A DNA stretch of 64,000 nucleotides from Candidatus Omnitrophota bacterium (GTDB lineage: Bacteria; Omnitrophota; Gorgyraeia; Zapsychrales; JANLHA01): positions 131,864 through 195,863 of the forward strand of contig JAKLFA010000002.1 in NCBI GenBank assembly GCA_022711395.1. The letters are read 5' to 3'. Position 1 is the stretch's first letter; every line of letters starts with the position of its first letter. The translations under genes were made by a program, and so were the position numbers. The notes under the pieces were generated by a model that worked only from the letters and a program-made list of their open reading frames with translations, made no database searches and was not told the origin of the DNA. Of the stretch, positions 27,281-36,662 are shown one piece after another.

Positions 27281-28507
27281 TTATTTTTCGAAACGGACTT
27301 TAATTGATTCATAGTGCTTCTGCAGGCCTTCGAGTTGGGCAACCCGCTCGATCGGTCCGCGGATCTTTTCCAAGGCCCGCTTTGAATAAGCGATCACATG
27401 GTTCTTTTTGGTGAAATCCGAAAGGCATAGTCCGGAAAAGAACCGCGCGCTGCCCATGGTGGGAAGCACATGGCTTGGACCGGCCCCGTAATCGCCCAAC
27501 GCTGTCGGGCTGTAGGGCCCCAAGAAGATCGCTCCGGCGTTCTTGATGCCTTTGAGGATCTTTTTGTGGTCATTGGTCAGGATCTGCAAATGCTCAGGCG
27601 CCAGCCGGTTGGTGATCTCGACCATTTCCTCAGAATTTTCACAGAGGACGCCGTAGCCGTTATGAAAACGCTGCTTAACGATCTTTAAAAGTTTTTTGGA
27701 TGTCGTCAGCAGGATCGCCAGACCGCCGATATGCTCTGCCTGGCCTTCCAGTTCGGCGATGACATATTCCGGATTGCTGTATCGGTTGGCGATGACCACA
27801 AGCTCAGACGGCCCCGCCAGCATGTCAATGTCCACATATCCGAAAAGTTGGCGTTTGGCCTCTGTTACATACATATTGCCCGGGCCGACGATCTTGTCGA
27901 CCTTGGCGATCGTTTTTGTTCCCAAAGCAAGAGCGGCGATCGCCTGGGCCCCGCCGACCTTGTAAACTTCATCGACCTTCAAAAGATTCGCCACGGCCAG
28001 GATATAGGGATTGATGTAGCCTTCTTTATTCGGAGGCGTGGCGATCACGATGCGCTTAACGCCTGCGACCTTGGCCGGGATCGCGGTCATATACACCGAT
28101 GAGACCAAAGGCGCGGTCCCAGCCGGAATATAGATCCCGACGCTTTCCAATGGCAGGATCTCCTCTTTAAGAAGGATCCCATCGGCGTCCTTGATCCGGG
28201 CCGGTTTCTGCACCTGCGCCTTATAGAAGGTGGTCACGTTCTGAATGATGATCTTCAGGTCATTGATAAAATCGCTGGTGATATTCTGGAACGCGCCGCT
28301 GATCTCGCATTCCGGAACGCGCATTTCCTTGGCGGACAGTTTTGCCTGGTCAAAGCGTTTGGTATATTTTAAAACAGCGTCATCTCCGTTGAGACGGATG
28401 TCGTCAATGATATGCCGCACTTTTTCCTCAATGCTTTTTTTGCGGCTGACCAAATGGCGGTCATAGAGCTGCTGAAGTCCCTGTCCGTTTTGTTTTAAAA
28501 GTTTCAT
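27281..28507 (-). CDS. hisD: Histidinol dehydrogenase
   Basis: 408 aa, hisD family. Histidine operon context. Confidence 0.85.
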   Translation of the reverse strand: MKLLKQNGQGLQQLYDRHLVSRKKSIEEKVRHIIDDIRLNGDDAVLKYTKRFDQAKLSAKEMRVPECEISGAFQNITSDFINDLKIIIQNVTTFYKAQVQKPARIKDADGILLKEEILPLESVGIYIPAGTAPLVSSVYMTAIPAKVAGVKRIVIATPPNKEGYINPYILAVANLLKVDEVYKVGGAQAIAALALGTKTIAKVDKIVGPGNMYVTEAKRQLFGYVDIDMLAGPSELVVIANRYSNPEYVIAELEGQAEHIGGLAILLTTSKKLLKIVKQRFHNGYGVLCENSEEMVEITNRLAPEHLQILTNDHKKILKGIKNAGAIFLGPYSPTALGDYGAGPSHVLPTMGSARFFSGLCLSDFTKKNHVIAYSKRALEKIRGPIERVAQLEGLQKHYESIKVRFEK

Positions 28508-28516
28508 ACATGTCCC

Positions 28517-31147
28517 TTATGGTAATGGAGCCTGGATGAGCTGCTCTGTGAGCAGGCGTTCAGCTTCGCGTAACGCTTGTGGAAGATAGGCGGTTTCTTT
28601 GCTTCCGGCCTGTGCGAACTGCGCCCGCCCTCCTCCGCTGCCGTGCATTACGGGAGCAATGGTTTTAACAATATCCTGGGCCGATATGCCAGCCTTGACA
28701 AGGTCATCCGTCAAAGCGATGATCAGGCTGCCCCGGTCCTCGGCTTTGGACGCAAAGACGACCGCGCAACTTTTAGCCTTCTGTTTTGCAATGTCGGATA
28801 GATTTCGAAGCATATTGATATCGACCGCCTCAAATGTGTGCGTGATGACGCGCACGTTTTTTGCATCTTTGGAGCGATCTATGATCGAATCCAAATCCGT
28901 TTTCAATGCCTCAAATGCCTGCTGCTGCAGTTCTTTGCTCTTTTCTTTTGTTTTTTGTTTTTCCGCGTCCTCTTTTGTTTGCTGCTCTCTGAGTTTGATG
29001 AAGGCTTCCGCCAGTGAAGCGGTCGTGGCCTCGATTCGCCGGATCCCCTGGGCGATCGCGCTTTCGGAAATGATCTTAAACAGTTTGATCTCACCGGTGT
29101 TATCTAAATGAGTTCCGCCGCAAAGTTCGGTCGAACAGCCCGGAACATGGATCACGCGCACCGTTTGCCCGTATTTTTCCGCGAAGAACGCCAAGGCTCC
29201 CTTTTCGCGGGCTTCGGTCATGGTCATTTCATTTTTTTCAACGCGGATATTCGCCTGCACGTGGCGGTTCACTTCCGCTTCAACGGCATCGCGCTCCTGC
29301 TGCGAGAGCCCCTGGGGATGTGTAAAATCAAAACGCAGACGGTTTTCATCAACGACCGATCCCTGCTGCTGAACATGTTCGCCTAAGATTTTACGCAACG
29401 CGGCCTGAAGCAGATGTGTTGATGTGTGATTGCGCATGATGGAAAGCCGCCGGGATTCATCCACTAAGGCTTCAACGCTGTCATCCACGCGGACCTGCCC
29501 CTCCTCCACGGTGGCAGTGTGCAGGAACACGTCATCGATCTTTTGAGTGTCCTTAACGAGCAGTTTTGCCGGCTTTCCTTGCCTGGCTAAGATCTCCCCG
29601 GAGTCTCCCACCTGACCGCCGGATTCGGCATAAAATGGTGTTTGATCAAGGACGACACGGACCTGTTCTCCGGTGATGGCTTTGGAAACGGAATCCTGGC
29701 CCTTAAAAATGCGCAGGATCTTGGCCTCGGAATGCAATGTCTTGTAGCCTAAAAATTTTGTTTTGGGGACATTGAGGTCCAGGCCCATATCCACGAAAAC
29801 CTCGCCGGTCATTTTGCTGCCCTCCCGGGAAAGTTCACGATGGTCATTCATGTCCTTGGTATATATCGTCATCGCGTCTTCGATCTCTTCATCTAATAGT
29901 CCGACTTCTTTTTTAAGAATTGAGAGACTTGTTTCACAAGGAAGCCCATAAGTTGTATGGAAAACAAAAAGCAGTTTTCCAATTTTCTGTGCGAAAGCTG
30001 TTGAGTCATATCCCTTTTTATCAGTTATTTCAGCTCTTAATTTTGGAATATTTTCCAAAAGAACTTTTGCAAAAGCCTCTTCAGTTTTTCTGATGAGCGC
30101 CGTAATGGCATCAACTTTTTCAAGAAGTTCCGGATATTGTTTGCCCATGACTTCCGCTATGGTTGGAACAAGTTTATAGACATGTGCACTGGTATCAGGG
30201 CCATGAAAGCTGAAAACAATGTTTGCCGCACGATTGATCAGGCTTTTCACGACCGAACCCCGCTCTTTGTTCGACGGAATGATGCCGTCGCTGATCGCAA
30301 ACGTTGCGGCACGGACATGATCGGCGATGATGCGTTTGTCTTCAACGCTTAAATTGCCTGAGATCTCACGCTCAATGGCAGTGATGACCGGGACAAAAAG
30401 ATCCGTTTCAAAATTATTTTTCACGCCCTGCATGACCGAACAGAGGCGTTCCAGGCCCATACCGGTATCGATATTCTTGCTGGGCAAAGGTTCCAGTATT
30501 CCCCCGTCCTTGCGGTTGAACTGCGTAAAGACCAGGTTCCACACTTCGGTGAAACGGCCCGCGATATCATCCGGGTCCTTGGGGACAGAGGGGTCAGCCG
30601 GATCATAATCAAAAAAGATCTCTGAACACGGCCCGCATGGCCCGTTAGGACCGTTCTGCTTGGCGTTGGAAGGCCAGAAGTTGCTTTTATCTCCCAGTTT
30701 GAAGATCTTGTGTTCAGGGATGCCGATCGCGTTTTTCCAGATCTCAAAAGCTTCCTGATCGTCCTGGTAGACCGAGACCCAAAGCCGTTCTTTCGGAATC
30801 TCCAAAACCTGCGTCAGGAACTCCCACGCCCAGTGGATCGCCTCGCTCTTGAAATAATCTCCGAAAGAAAAATTCCCCAGCATTTCAAAGAACGTGTGGT
30901 GGCAATTGGTCTTTCCCACCACATCGAGGTCGTCGGTTCGGATGCATTTTTGGGATGTGGCAGCGCGCGTGTAGCTGTCGATGTTCCCCAAAAATTGCCG
31001 CTTGAACTGCTGCATCCCAGCGGTCGTGAACAGAACCGTGGGGTCGTCTTTCGGGACCACGGAGTCGCTGGCAACGATCGTGTGCCCTTTGGATTTAAAA
31101 AAGTCCAGGAATCTGGATCGGATCTCGTTTGCTGTTAAGTATTTCAT
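28517..31147 (-). CDS. alaS: Alanine--tRNA ligase
   Basis: 876 aa. FTTAGMQQFK...TNCHHTFFEMLGNFSFGDYFK. Confidence 0.9.
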   Translation of the reverse strand: MKYLTANEIRSRFLDFFKSKGHTIVASDSVVPKDDPTVLFTTAGMQQFKRQFLGNIDSYTRAATSQKCIRTDDLDVVGKTNCHHTFFEMLGNFSFGDYFKSEAIHWAWEFLTQVLEIPKERLWVSVYQDDQEAFEIWKNAIGIPEHKIFKLGDKSNFWPSNAKQNGPNGPCGPCSEIFFDYDPADPSVPKDPDDIAGRFTEVWNLVFTQFNRKDGGILEPLPSKNIDTGMGLERLCSVMQGVKNNFETDLFVPVITAIEREISGNLSVEDKRIIADHVRAATFAISDGIIPSNKERGSVVKSLINRAANIVFSFHGPDTSAHVYKLVPTIAEVMGKQYPELLEKVDAITALIRKTEEAFAKVLLENIPKLRAEITDKKGYDSTAFAQKIGKLLFVFHTTYGLPCETSLSILKKEVGLLDEEIEDAMTIYTKDMNDHRELSREGSKMTGEVFVDMGLDLNVPKTKFLGYKTLHSEAKILRIFKGQDSVSKAITGEQVRVVLDQTPFYAESGGQVGDSGEILARQGKPAKLLVKDTQKIDDVFLHTATVEEGQVRVDDSVEALVDESRRLSIMRNHTSTHLLQAALRKILGEHVQQQGSVVDENRLRFDFTHPQGLSQQERDAVEAEVNRHVQANIRVEKNEMTMTEAREKGALAFFAEKYGQTVRVIHVPGCSTELCGGTHLDNTGEIKLFKIISESAIAQGIRRIEATTASLAEAFIKLREQQTKEDAEKQKTKEKSKELQQQAFEALKTDLDSIIDRSKDAKNVRVITHTFEAVDINMLRNLSDIAKQKAKSCAVVFASKAEDRGSLIIALTDDLVKAGISAQDIVKTIAPVMHGSGGGRAQFAQAGSKETAYLPQALREAERLLTEQLIQAPLP

Positions 31148-31626
31148 TTCACCACTTGGTTCAGTTCTTTTATGATCGTTTGTGTTTGAAAACCGCGCCG
31201 GGACAGGTATCCGAACAGCCGTCTGCGGACGGTCTGCCTGTCCAGGCCGCGGTATTTGTTTTTCCGTTTCAGGATGATCGACCGTACCGCGTCAGCCTCA
31301 TTATAGAGGTCTGTTGCGGTCTCTACGGCGTGATCGATCAGCTCCGTATCAATTCCCTTGTGTTTCAATTCCTGCTTTATCCGACGCAGCCCGAGCGGTT
31401 TTCCCAGTCTTGAGCGCGTCCATCCAATACTGAATTGGCGGTCATCAATAAGACCGCTGGTCTTGAAATACCGGATCGTCTCCTCAATGACCGGATCGGG
31501 AAAGCCTTTTTCACGCAGTTTTTTCTGAAGTTCAAATACACTGCGGGGCCGGTATTTTAAAGATCGGAAAACAACCTCTTTTGCCTTTTTAAACAGTTGC
31601 TGGCTTTCCGGTGAGGACTGTTCCAT
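31144..31626 (-). CDS. recX: Recombination regulator RecX
   Basis: 160 aa directly downstream of recA, with start/stop overlap. Confidence 0.75.
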   Translation of the reverse strand: MEQSSPESQQLFKKAKEVVFRSLKYRPRSVFELQKKLREKGFPDPVIEETIRYFKTSGLIDDRQFSIGWTRSRLGKPLGLRRIKQELKHKGIDTELIDHAVETATDLYNEADAVRSIILKRKNKYRGLDRQTVRRRLFGYLSRRGFQTQTIIKELNQVVK

Positions 31627-31629
31627 CGG

Positions 31630-32646
31630 TTATTTGGCGGCTTCGGCTTTAGCGCGGATCTCTTTTTCCAGCTTGTCCAAAAGCTTGGGATTGTCCATAA
31701 GGTATTTACGCACCGCGTCCTTTCCTTGGCCGATCTTCTCTTCACCGTAAGAGAACCATGACCCGGATTTTTGGATGATATCGTAATTGACCCCCAGGTC
31801 CAGAATATCGCTGGCTTTGGAGATCCCTTCATCAAAATAGATCTCAAATTCCGCCGTGCGGAACGGTGCCGCGACCTTGTTCTTGACGATCTTGGCGCGG
31901 ATGCGGTTGCCGATGAACTCTTCGCCTTTTTTGATCGCTTCGACTCGGCGCAGGTCAACCCGGACCGATGAATAGAATTTCAGCGCGTTGCCGCCGGTGG
32001 TCGTTTCGGGATTTCCGAACATGACACCGATCTTCATGCGGATCTGATTGATGAAGATCACGGTCGTTTTAGAACGGTTGATCGCCGCCGTTAATTTGCG
32101 CAAAGCCTGTGACATAAGGCGGGCCTGCAGCCCCATATGGCTGTCACCCATGTCCCCTTCGATCTCGGCCCGCGGGGTGAGCGCTGCGACCGAGTCCACA
32201 ACGATCAGGTCCACCGCGTTTGAGCGCACCAGTGTTTCGGCGATCTCTAATGCCTGTTCACCGGTGTCCGGCTGTGAGATCAAAAGATCTTCGAGCTTAA
32301 CGCCGACTTTTTGCGCATAGCTGGCATCAAAGGCATGTTCAGCGTCGATGAACGCCGCGACGCCTCCCAGTCTTTGAGATTGGTGAATGACGCTTAAAGT
32401 CAGGGTCGTTTTTCCGGATGACTCCGGCCCGTAGATCTCGATCACTCGACCTCTGGGGAATCCTCCTACACCCAGAGCGACGTCCAAAGAGGGCGATCCG
32501 GTTGGGATCGCATCCACATTTTGTTTGACGCTGCCATCAAGCTTCATGATGGAGCCTTTTCCAAACTGCTTTTCAATCTGGCTTAAAGCAAGATCCAAAG
32601 CTTTCAATTTTTCCTGGTTATCAGCCGTTTTCTTCGTTTCTGCCAT
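31630..32646 (-). CDS. recA: Recombinase A
   Basis: [19 protein letters not shown]. 338 aa. Confidence 0.95.
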   Translation of the reverse strand: MAETKKTADNQEKLKALDLALSQIEKQFGKGSIMKLDGSVKQNVDAIPTGSPSLDVALGVGGFPRGRVIEIYGPESSGKTTLTLSVIHQSQRLGGVAAFIDAEHAFDASYAQKVGVKLEDLLISQPDTGEQALEIAETLVRSNAVDLIVVDSVAALTPRAEIEGDMGDSHMGLQARLMSQALRKLTAAINRSKTTVIFINQIRMKIGVMFGNPETTTGGNALKFYSSVRVDLRRVEAIKKGEEFIGNRIRAKIVKNKVAAPFRTAEFEIYFDEGISKASDILDLGVNYDIIQKSGSWFSYGEEKIGQGKDAVRKYLMDNPKLLDKLEKEIRAKAEAAK

Positions 32647-32693
32647 TTCATCCTCCTTCGTTCCCGCAAGCTGTCGTTAAAAAACCCTCAGTA

Positions 32694-32707
32694 TGTTCCC
32701 TTGAACA
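32694..32707. promoter_or_regulatory. Candidate LexA (SOS) operator TGTTC-N4-GAACA, about 50 nt upstream of the recA start codon
   Basis: tgttcccttgaaca, a 5+4+5 palindrome, within the AT-rich recA upstream region. Confidence 0.4.
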
Positions 32708-32898
32708 CATCGGTGAGATTGGTTTTTTTATAAGGCTCATGGAAGGCAATCTATAAAAATCAATATAAATTTGCCTAAATGAATAGGCATTATACATGAG
32801 CCCAAAAAAGTTGTCAATTACCGTATATTTTATATAAATAATATTATATTTAAATAGAAGCACTCCTGGGAACGCCTTAAGAGCGGGTTTTTATGGAT

Positions 32899-33636
32899 TT
32901 AAGCGTTGATGGTGAGCTGGATCGCAGAAAGGACTGAAATGGCGGCGGTCTCCACCCGTAAAACAGTTTTTCCCAGTGAAATGGGAATCGCCCCTGCCTC
33001 CATGGCTGCTTGAACTTCTGCCGGTGTGAAATCTCCCTCCGGTCCGATCAAGACCAGGATCTTTGGTCTTAAAATGTTCAGGTTTAAACAGGCACTGATT
33101 GGCTGGCGGGGATCGACTAGGCACGGGATAAAAGCGGACGTCTCTGGATCGATCAGGGTTAGAACATCTCTAAACTCGGTTATCGGATGCAGCCGTGGCA
33201 TCCAAAGGCGGCGGCTTTGTTTGGCGGCGCTTAAAACAATGGATTGGAATCGCTGGTCCTTCTTTGCGGAGCGATCGGGCAACAGCTTGACCTCTGTGCG
33301 CTCGGTCTTTAAAGGGATGATCTCATCAGCTCCAAGTTCGGTGGCCTTTTCCAGGATCCATTCAAATTTGGTCTTTTTTGGTATGGCACAGGCCAGTGCG
33401 ATTGAGAACCGGTTGGTGTGTGGTTCTCGGCGGACGTCCAGGATGCGAGCTGAGACCATTTGGCTGGAGATCGAATCCAGCTCGCATTCAGCTTCTTCCC
33501 CTCTCCCGTTAAAAACGCAGAATCGGTCGCCTTTTTTTAAACGCATAACGTCTTTAAGGTGGTGGACTTCGTCCTTTTCATGGATGGCAATGTCATCTGT
33601 GGTGGCGAAAGAAATGTCGGCGTAGGAGCGGTGCAT
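32899..33636 (-). CDS. rsmE: 16S rRNA (uracil1498-N3)-methyltransferase
   Basis: RFCVFNGRGEEAECEL...LIGPEGDFTPAEV. The track ORF's N-terminal extension reads through the tRNA-Ala gene. Confidence 0.8.
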   Translation of the reverse strand: MHRSYADISFATTDDIAIHEKDEVHHLKDVMRLKKGDRFCVFNGRGEEAECELDSISSQMVSARILDVRREPHTNRFSIALACAIPKKTKFEWILEKATELGADEIIPLKTERTEVKLLPDRSAKKDQRFQSIVLSAAKQSRRLWMPRLHPITEFRDVLTLIDPETSAFIPCLVDPRQPISACLNLNILRPKILVLIGPEGDFTPAEVQAAMEAGAIPISLGKTVLRVETAAISVLSAIQLTINA

Positions 33637-33667
33637 ATATTCGGATGGTTTTTCTGAAGAATAAACA

Positions 33668-33743
33668 TGGTGGACCGAGGGGGAGTCGAACCCCCGGCCT
33701 CCTGATTGCGAACCAGGCGCTCTCCCAACTGAGCTATCGGCCC
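33668..33743 (-). tRNA. tRNA-Ala (anticodon CGC)
   Basis: GGGCCGAUAGCUCAGUUGGGAGAGCGCCUGGUUCGCAAUCAGGAGGCCGGGGGUUCGACUCCCCCUCGGUCCACCA. Has the G3:U70 alanine identity pair. Confidence 0.85.
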
Positions 33744-33835
33744 ACGTTTTAAAATACCTGAGCATCATAGCAAAAGCTCAGAGTTCTGACAAGATGGATT
33801 TTATAGAATGTCGTTTGAAGGGAAATTTTCAGTCT

Positions 33836-34456
33836 TCAGCGGGACACCTGGCTGAATGAAAATCCTGTTTGAACGGAAAAACGCGGATTTGTCAGGTCCG
33901 AATCCAGTTGCGATGGATCCGCGGCCCGGCTGAGCTCAACCGTTAAGGTGTTGAGAGGCTGCCCTCCTCCCGGAAATTCTTGCATGACAAAGTCGCATTG
34001 ATCGCAAATCATGGAAGCTGATTGCGGTTGCCAGGTTAGGGAGAAGACGCGTTCCGTGACCCCAGAGAGGGAACCGTGATAACAAATGATCTGTGCATCG
34101 AAAAGATCTTTGCCGCTGCCCAAAAGATCCCTAAAGCAAAAACCTGGGTCAGCGGAAATGCTTTCACTCCTGTCAATGATCACTCCGACAGGGTCGGTTT
34201 GGACGTTTGGAAAACTTCCAAATTGCGGGACTGTGATGATCCCCGATCCGCGCGCTTCCCATGCCATTTTTTTGATGCGCACCAGGGCCGCGCTCAACTG
34301 CGTGGTATTGCGCAGCCTGATCGAGGCCACATTTTGGGTCCTGCGGATCGCTGTATCGACCGAAACAATCCCCACGACGGCAACACCGATCAGCATGGAT
34401 GTGATCAGAAGTTCCGTGAGCGTCAAGGCTGATTTTGAAATTGCGGGATTTTTCAT
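33836..34456 (-). CDS. Minor pilin or pseudopilin (prepilin-type N-terminal domain)
   Basis: ALTLTELLITSMLIGVAVVGI is an N-terminal hydrophobic prepilin helix. Confidence 0.55.
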   Translation of the reverse strand: MKNPAISKSALTLTELLITSMLIGVAVVGIVSVDTAIRRTQNVASIRLRNTTQLSAALVRIKKMAWEARGSGIITVPQFGSFPNVQTDPVGVIIDRSESISADPGFCFRDLLGSGKDLFDAQIICYHGSLSGVTERVFSLTWQPQSASMICDQCDFVMQEFPGGGQPLNTLTVELSRAADPSQLDSDLTNPRFSVQTGFSFSQVSR

Positions 34457-34466
34457 GATCGGGTTT

Positions 34467-34925
34467 CTACCAGCTCACATTGACCGTGATCTCTTTGGCT
34501 CCTGTAAAATCGTTTGTCACGTTATAAACAACAAGAAAGGGCATATCATCCTTCACGATGGTTTTTGAGTAGCTTCCGCCGTTTACAAAGTTGCCCGCCG
34601 GGTCAACCCAGGCCTCTGTTGTGATCTGTCCCCTGAGGCTTTCAATGATATCCTGGGCGATGAACGCGGCTTGAACTTCTCGAGTGCTTTCGGCTGCCGG
34701 GCGGCTTAAGGCTGAAAGTGTTGCCAGGATGCCCGCTGTCGCCATGGCAAAGATCAGTGTCGCGACGATCACTTCGACCATTGAAAAACCGTTACGGCCT
34801 AGAAGTTGTCTGCTAATTGCAGACCGGCCCGTTGAAAACAGCTTGTTTTGGGCAGAGATGATGACCATTTCCCGCTCCTGTTGAAACACAGCTGACATCA
34901 GCTGAGTCCGATATGATTTTAACAT
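34467..34925 (-). CDS. Type IV pilin-like protein; start uncertain because the track ORF overlaps the upstream gene
   Basis: Prepilin cleavage motif RNGF|SMVEVIVATLIFAMATAGILA (G-F with Glu at +5). Confidence 0.55.
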   Translation of the reverse strand: MLKSYRTQLMSAVFQQEREMVIISAQNKLFSTGRSAISRQLLGRNGFSMVEVIVATLIFAMATAGILATLSALSRPAAESTREVQAAFIAQDIIESLRGQITTEAWVDPAGNFVNGGSYSKTIVKDDMPFLVVYNVTNDFTGAKEITVNVSW

Positions 34926-35319
34926 GAAATGTCAGGTTGAGTTCTGTGAATGTTTTGTCAGCGTAACAAGCGAACGTGGTCCCTCCCGGGGTGGCTGAGC
35001 AGATATAGGTCCAGCCGTTGTCAGGAAAACCCAATTCAAACTTTTGAAGGATCTGGGAAAAGCTCGACGAGCAAGCATTATCCGGTTCGTTCGGCCAAAA
35101 GTGGCCGGTGTTCATGTAAATGGTCTGCTGGGCGGCGAAGATCGCACGCATATTGGTCCTTGTCCGTTCGATATCCTGATCAATCACCAGCATGCGGAGT
35201 TTTGGCAGCGCAAGGGCCGCCAAGGTTGCAATGATGACCATGACGACCATGATCTCTACAAGGGTGAAGCCGTTCTTTTTTTGATGCTGTGTTGAGCGTG
35301 TAATTGGCATAAGGAGCAT
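34813..35319 (-). CDS. Type IV pilin or pseudopilin
   Basis: KKNGF|TLVEIMVVMVIIATLAALALP. Confidence 0.65.
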   Translation of the reverse strand: MLLMPITRSTQHQKKNGFTLVEIMVVMVIIATLAALALPKLRMLVIDQDIERTRTNMRAIFAAQQTIYMNTGHFWPNEPDNACSSSFSQILQKFELGFPDNGWTYICSATPGGTTFACYADKTFTELNLTFHVKIISDSADVSCVSTGAGNGHHLCPKQAVFNGPVCN

Positions 35320-35320
35320 T

Positions 35321-35761
35321 TTAGTTATATTTCATTTTTGCACAAAGGGTCGCATTATTCAAACAAATGATCCTGCCGTCAAAACCGATGGCCAGAGTAT
35401 AAAGCGTTGTCGATCCGCTCATCCGGTTGATGCGGATCGGCGCTGTTTCACCAGCAGAATAATAAGGGTAACTGAAATTCGGTGGTTTACGGCTGTTGTC
35501 AAAATCGATGGCTGTGAAATTCGAGGTCCAGAAGCTGCACGGGTAAGCGGAGCATGTTTTTCTGAAATTATCGACCGCATAACGTTGTTCAGATGCGTAG
35601 ATCGCAATTAAAAACTGTTCCCCCTCTTTTGCACGGAACCGTTCGATCACGGTGCCCATTTTCGGAAGTGCCGCTGCAGAAAGGATGCCAACGATCACAA
35701 CGACGACCATGATCTCGATCAATGTGAAAGCTGCCGAAAAGTTTTTGGTTGCGGACGACAT
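35321..35761 (-). CDS. Type IV pilin or pseudopilin
   Basis: SAAF|TLIEIMVVVVIVGILSAAALP. Confidence 0.65.
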   Translation of the reverse strand: MSSATKNFSAAFTLIEIMVVVVIVGILSAAALPKMGTVIERFRAKEGEQFLIAIYASEQRYAVDNFRKTCSAYPCSFWTSNFTAIDFDNSRKPPNFSYPYYSAGETAPIRINRMSGSTTLYTLAIGFDGRIICLNNATLCAKMKYN

Positions 35762-35805
35762 GGTTTTGGGTCACGTGATGGTTATGCGCATTTATGATTG
35801 TGTTG

Positions 35806-35840
35806 AAAAGCCGGCCCTCAAACAGCGAGGGCCGGCTTTT
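35806..35840 (-). terminator. Intrinsic terminator (10-bp GC-rich stem) immediately after the putative major pilin gene
   Basis: gccggccctc aaacagc gagggccggc, flanked by AAAA and TTTT. Confidence 0.6.
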
Positions 35841-35865
35841 CGTAATAGAAAACTTAAACGCCTCC

Positions 35866-36327
35866 TTACTTCAAGCCGGAAAAGGCTCCTATTCCGGTCC
35901 GTGTGACGTTCGTAGATGTTTGTGCGACGATAATCTGAGATCCGGTGCTCCCACCATCAAGCGTGTTGCGGTATGCCGTAATCGTGTATCCCACCGTTGA
36001 CGGAGAGGTGATCGAATAGGTGAAGTGCGCATTCGGCGACGAAGCAGGTGTTTCAATGTCCAGCTGGGTGAAACCGCCGTTGCCGCAGTTGACGTAAGTC
36101 CCATTATTCTGAAGGTAGCACCTTTCCATGGAAGAACGGATCGTCGCGATCGCGGATAACGCTTCCGCGCTTCTTGAGAATTCGACGGTTGAGAACAGAC
36201 GAGGTAAAGCTAAACTCGCCAAGACACCAACGATGATGATGACAATGATAATTTCAAGCAGTGTAAAACCGCTTTGGTTGCGTTTTAAACTCATTTTTTC
36301 GTCTCCTTTATGTATAACAGAATTCAC
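35866..36327 (-). CDS. pilA: Type IV major pilin (PilA-like)
   Basis: NQSGF|TLLEIIIVIIIVGVLASLALP. Followed by its own terminator. Confidence 0.7.
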   Translation of the reverse strand: MNSVIHKGDEKMSLKRNQSGFTLLEIIIVIIIVGVLASLALPRLFSTVEFSRSAEALSAIATIRSSMERCYLQNNGTYVNCGNGGFTQLDIETPASSPNAHFTYSITSPSTVGYTITAYRNTLDGGSTGSQIIVAQTSTNVTRTGIGAFSGLK

Positions 36328-36410
36328 TAATTTTTGATTTTAGGTTTAACCGCGTTTCACTGCGCTTTTTTCGCCTGGCATCACATCCTTTCAGGGTTGA
36401 TGGGTTTGAG

Positions 36411-36448
36411 CTTAAAAACAAAAACCACTCTATCCTTTTAGAGTGGTT
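36411..36448 (-). terminator. Intrinsic terminator after the pilB-pilC transcript
   Basis: aaccactcta tccttt tagagtggtt. On the minus strand the stem is followed by TTTGTTTTT. Confidence 0.55.
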
Positions 36449-36662
36449 TTAATTCGATGTTCGAATTATCGGCAGCTGGCTATCCCAAATGGTTTGGGAC
36501 CCTGTAGTTTTGTGCCCTACCCTCACGGATAGTTTACCTTGAACAATAATTCTCATATGTTCTTGCCTTAAGTATAGCTGATTCAAGCTTAAATATCAAT
36601 GTCTACAGACCTACCTATATAATAATAAATATATATAAATAAAAAAAGAATTTTCTTAAGAA

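Noticed and set aside
33636-33768. The N-terminal extension of the rsmE ORF reading WADSSVGRAPGSQSGGRGFDSP
   Set aside because: This peptide is simply the translation of the antisense of the tRNA-Ala gene. The real rsmE start is the internal Met at 33636.
36328-36410. A sigma54 (GG-N10-GC) promoter for the major pilin gene
   Set aside because: A GG-N10-GC spacing exists on the minus strand (caGGcgaaaaaagcGCag). The flanking bases match the TGGCAC-N5-TTGCA consensus poorly, which is too weak to call.
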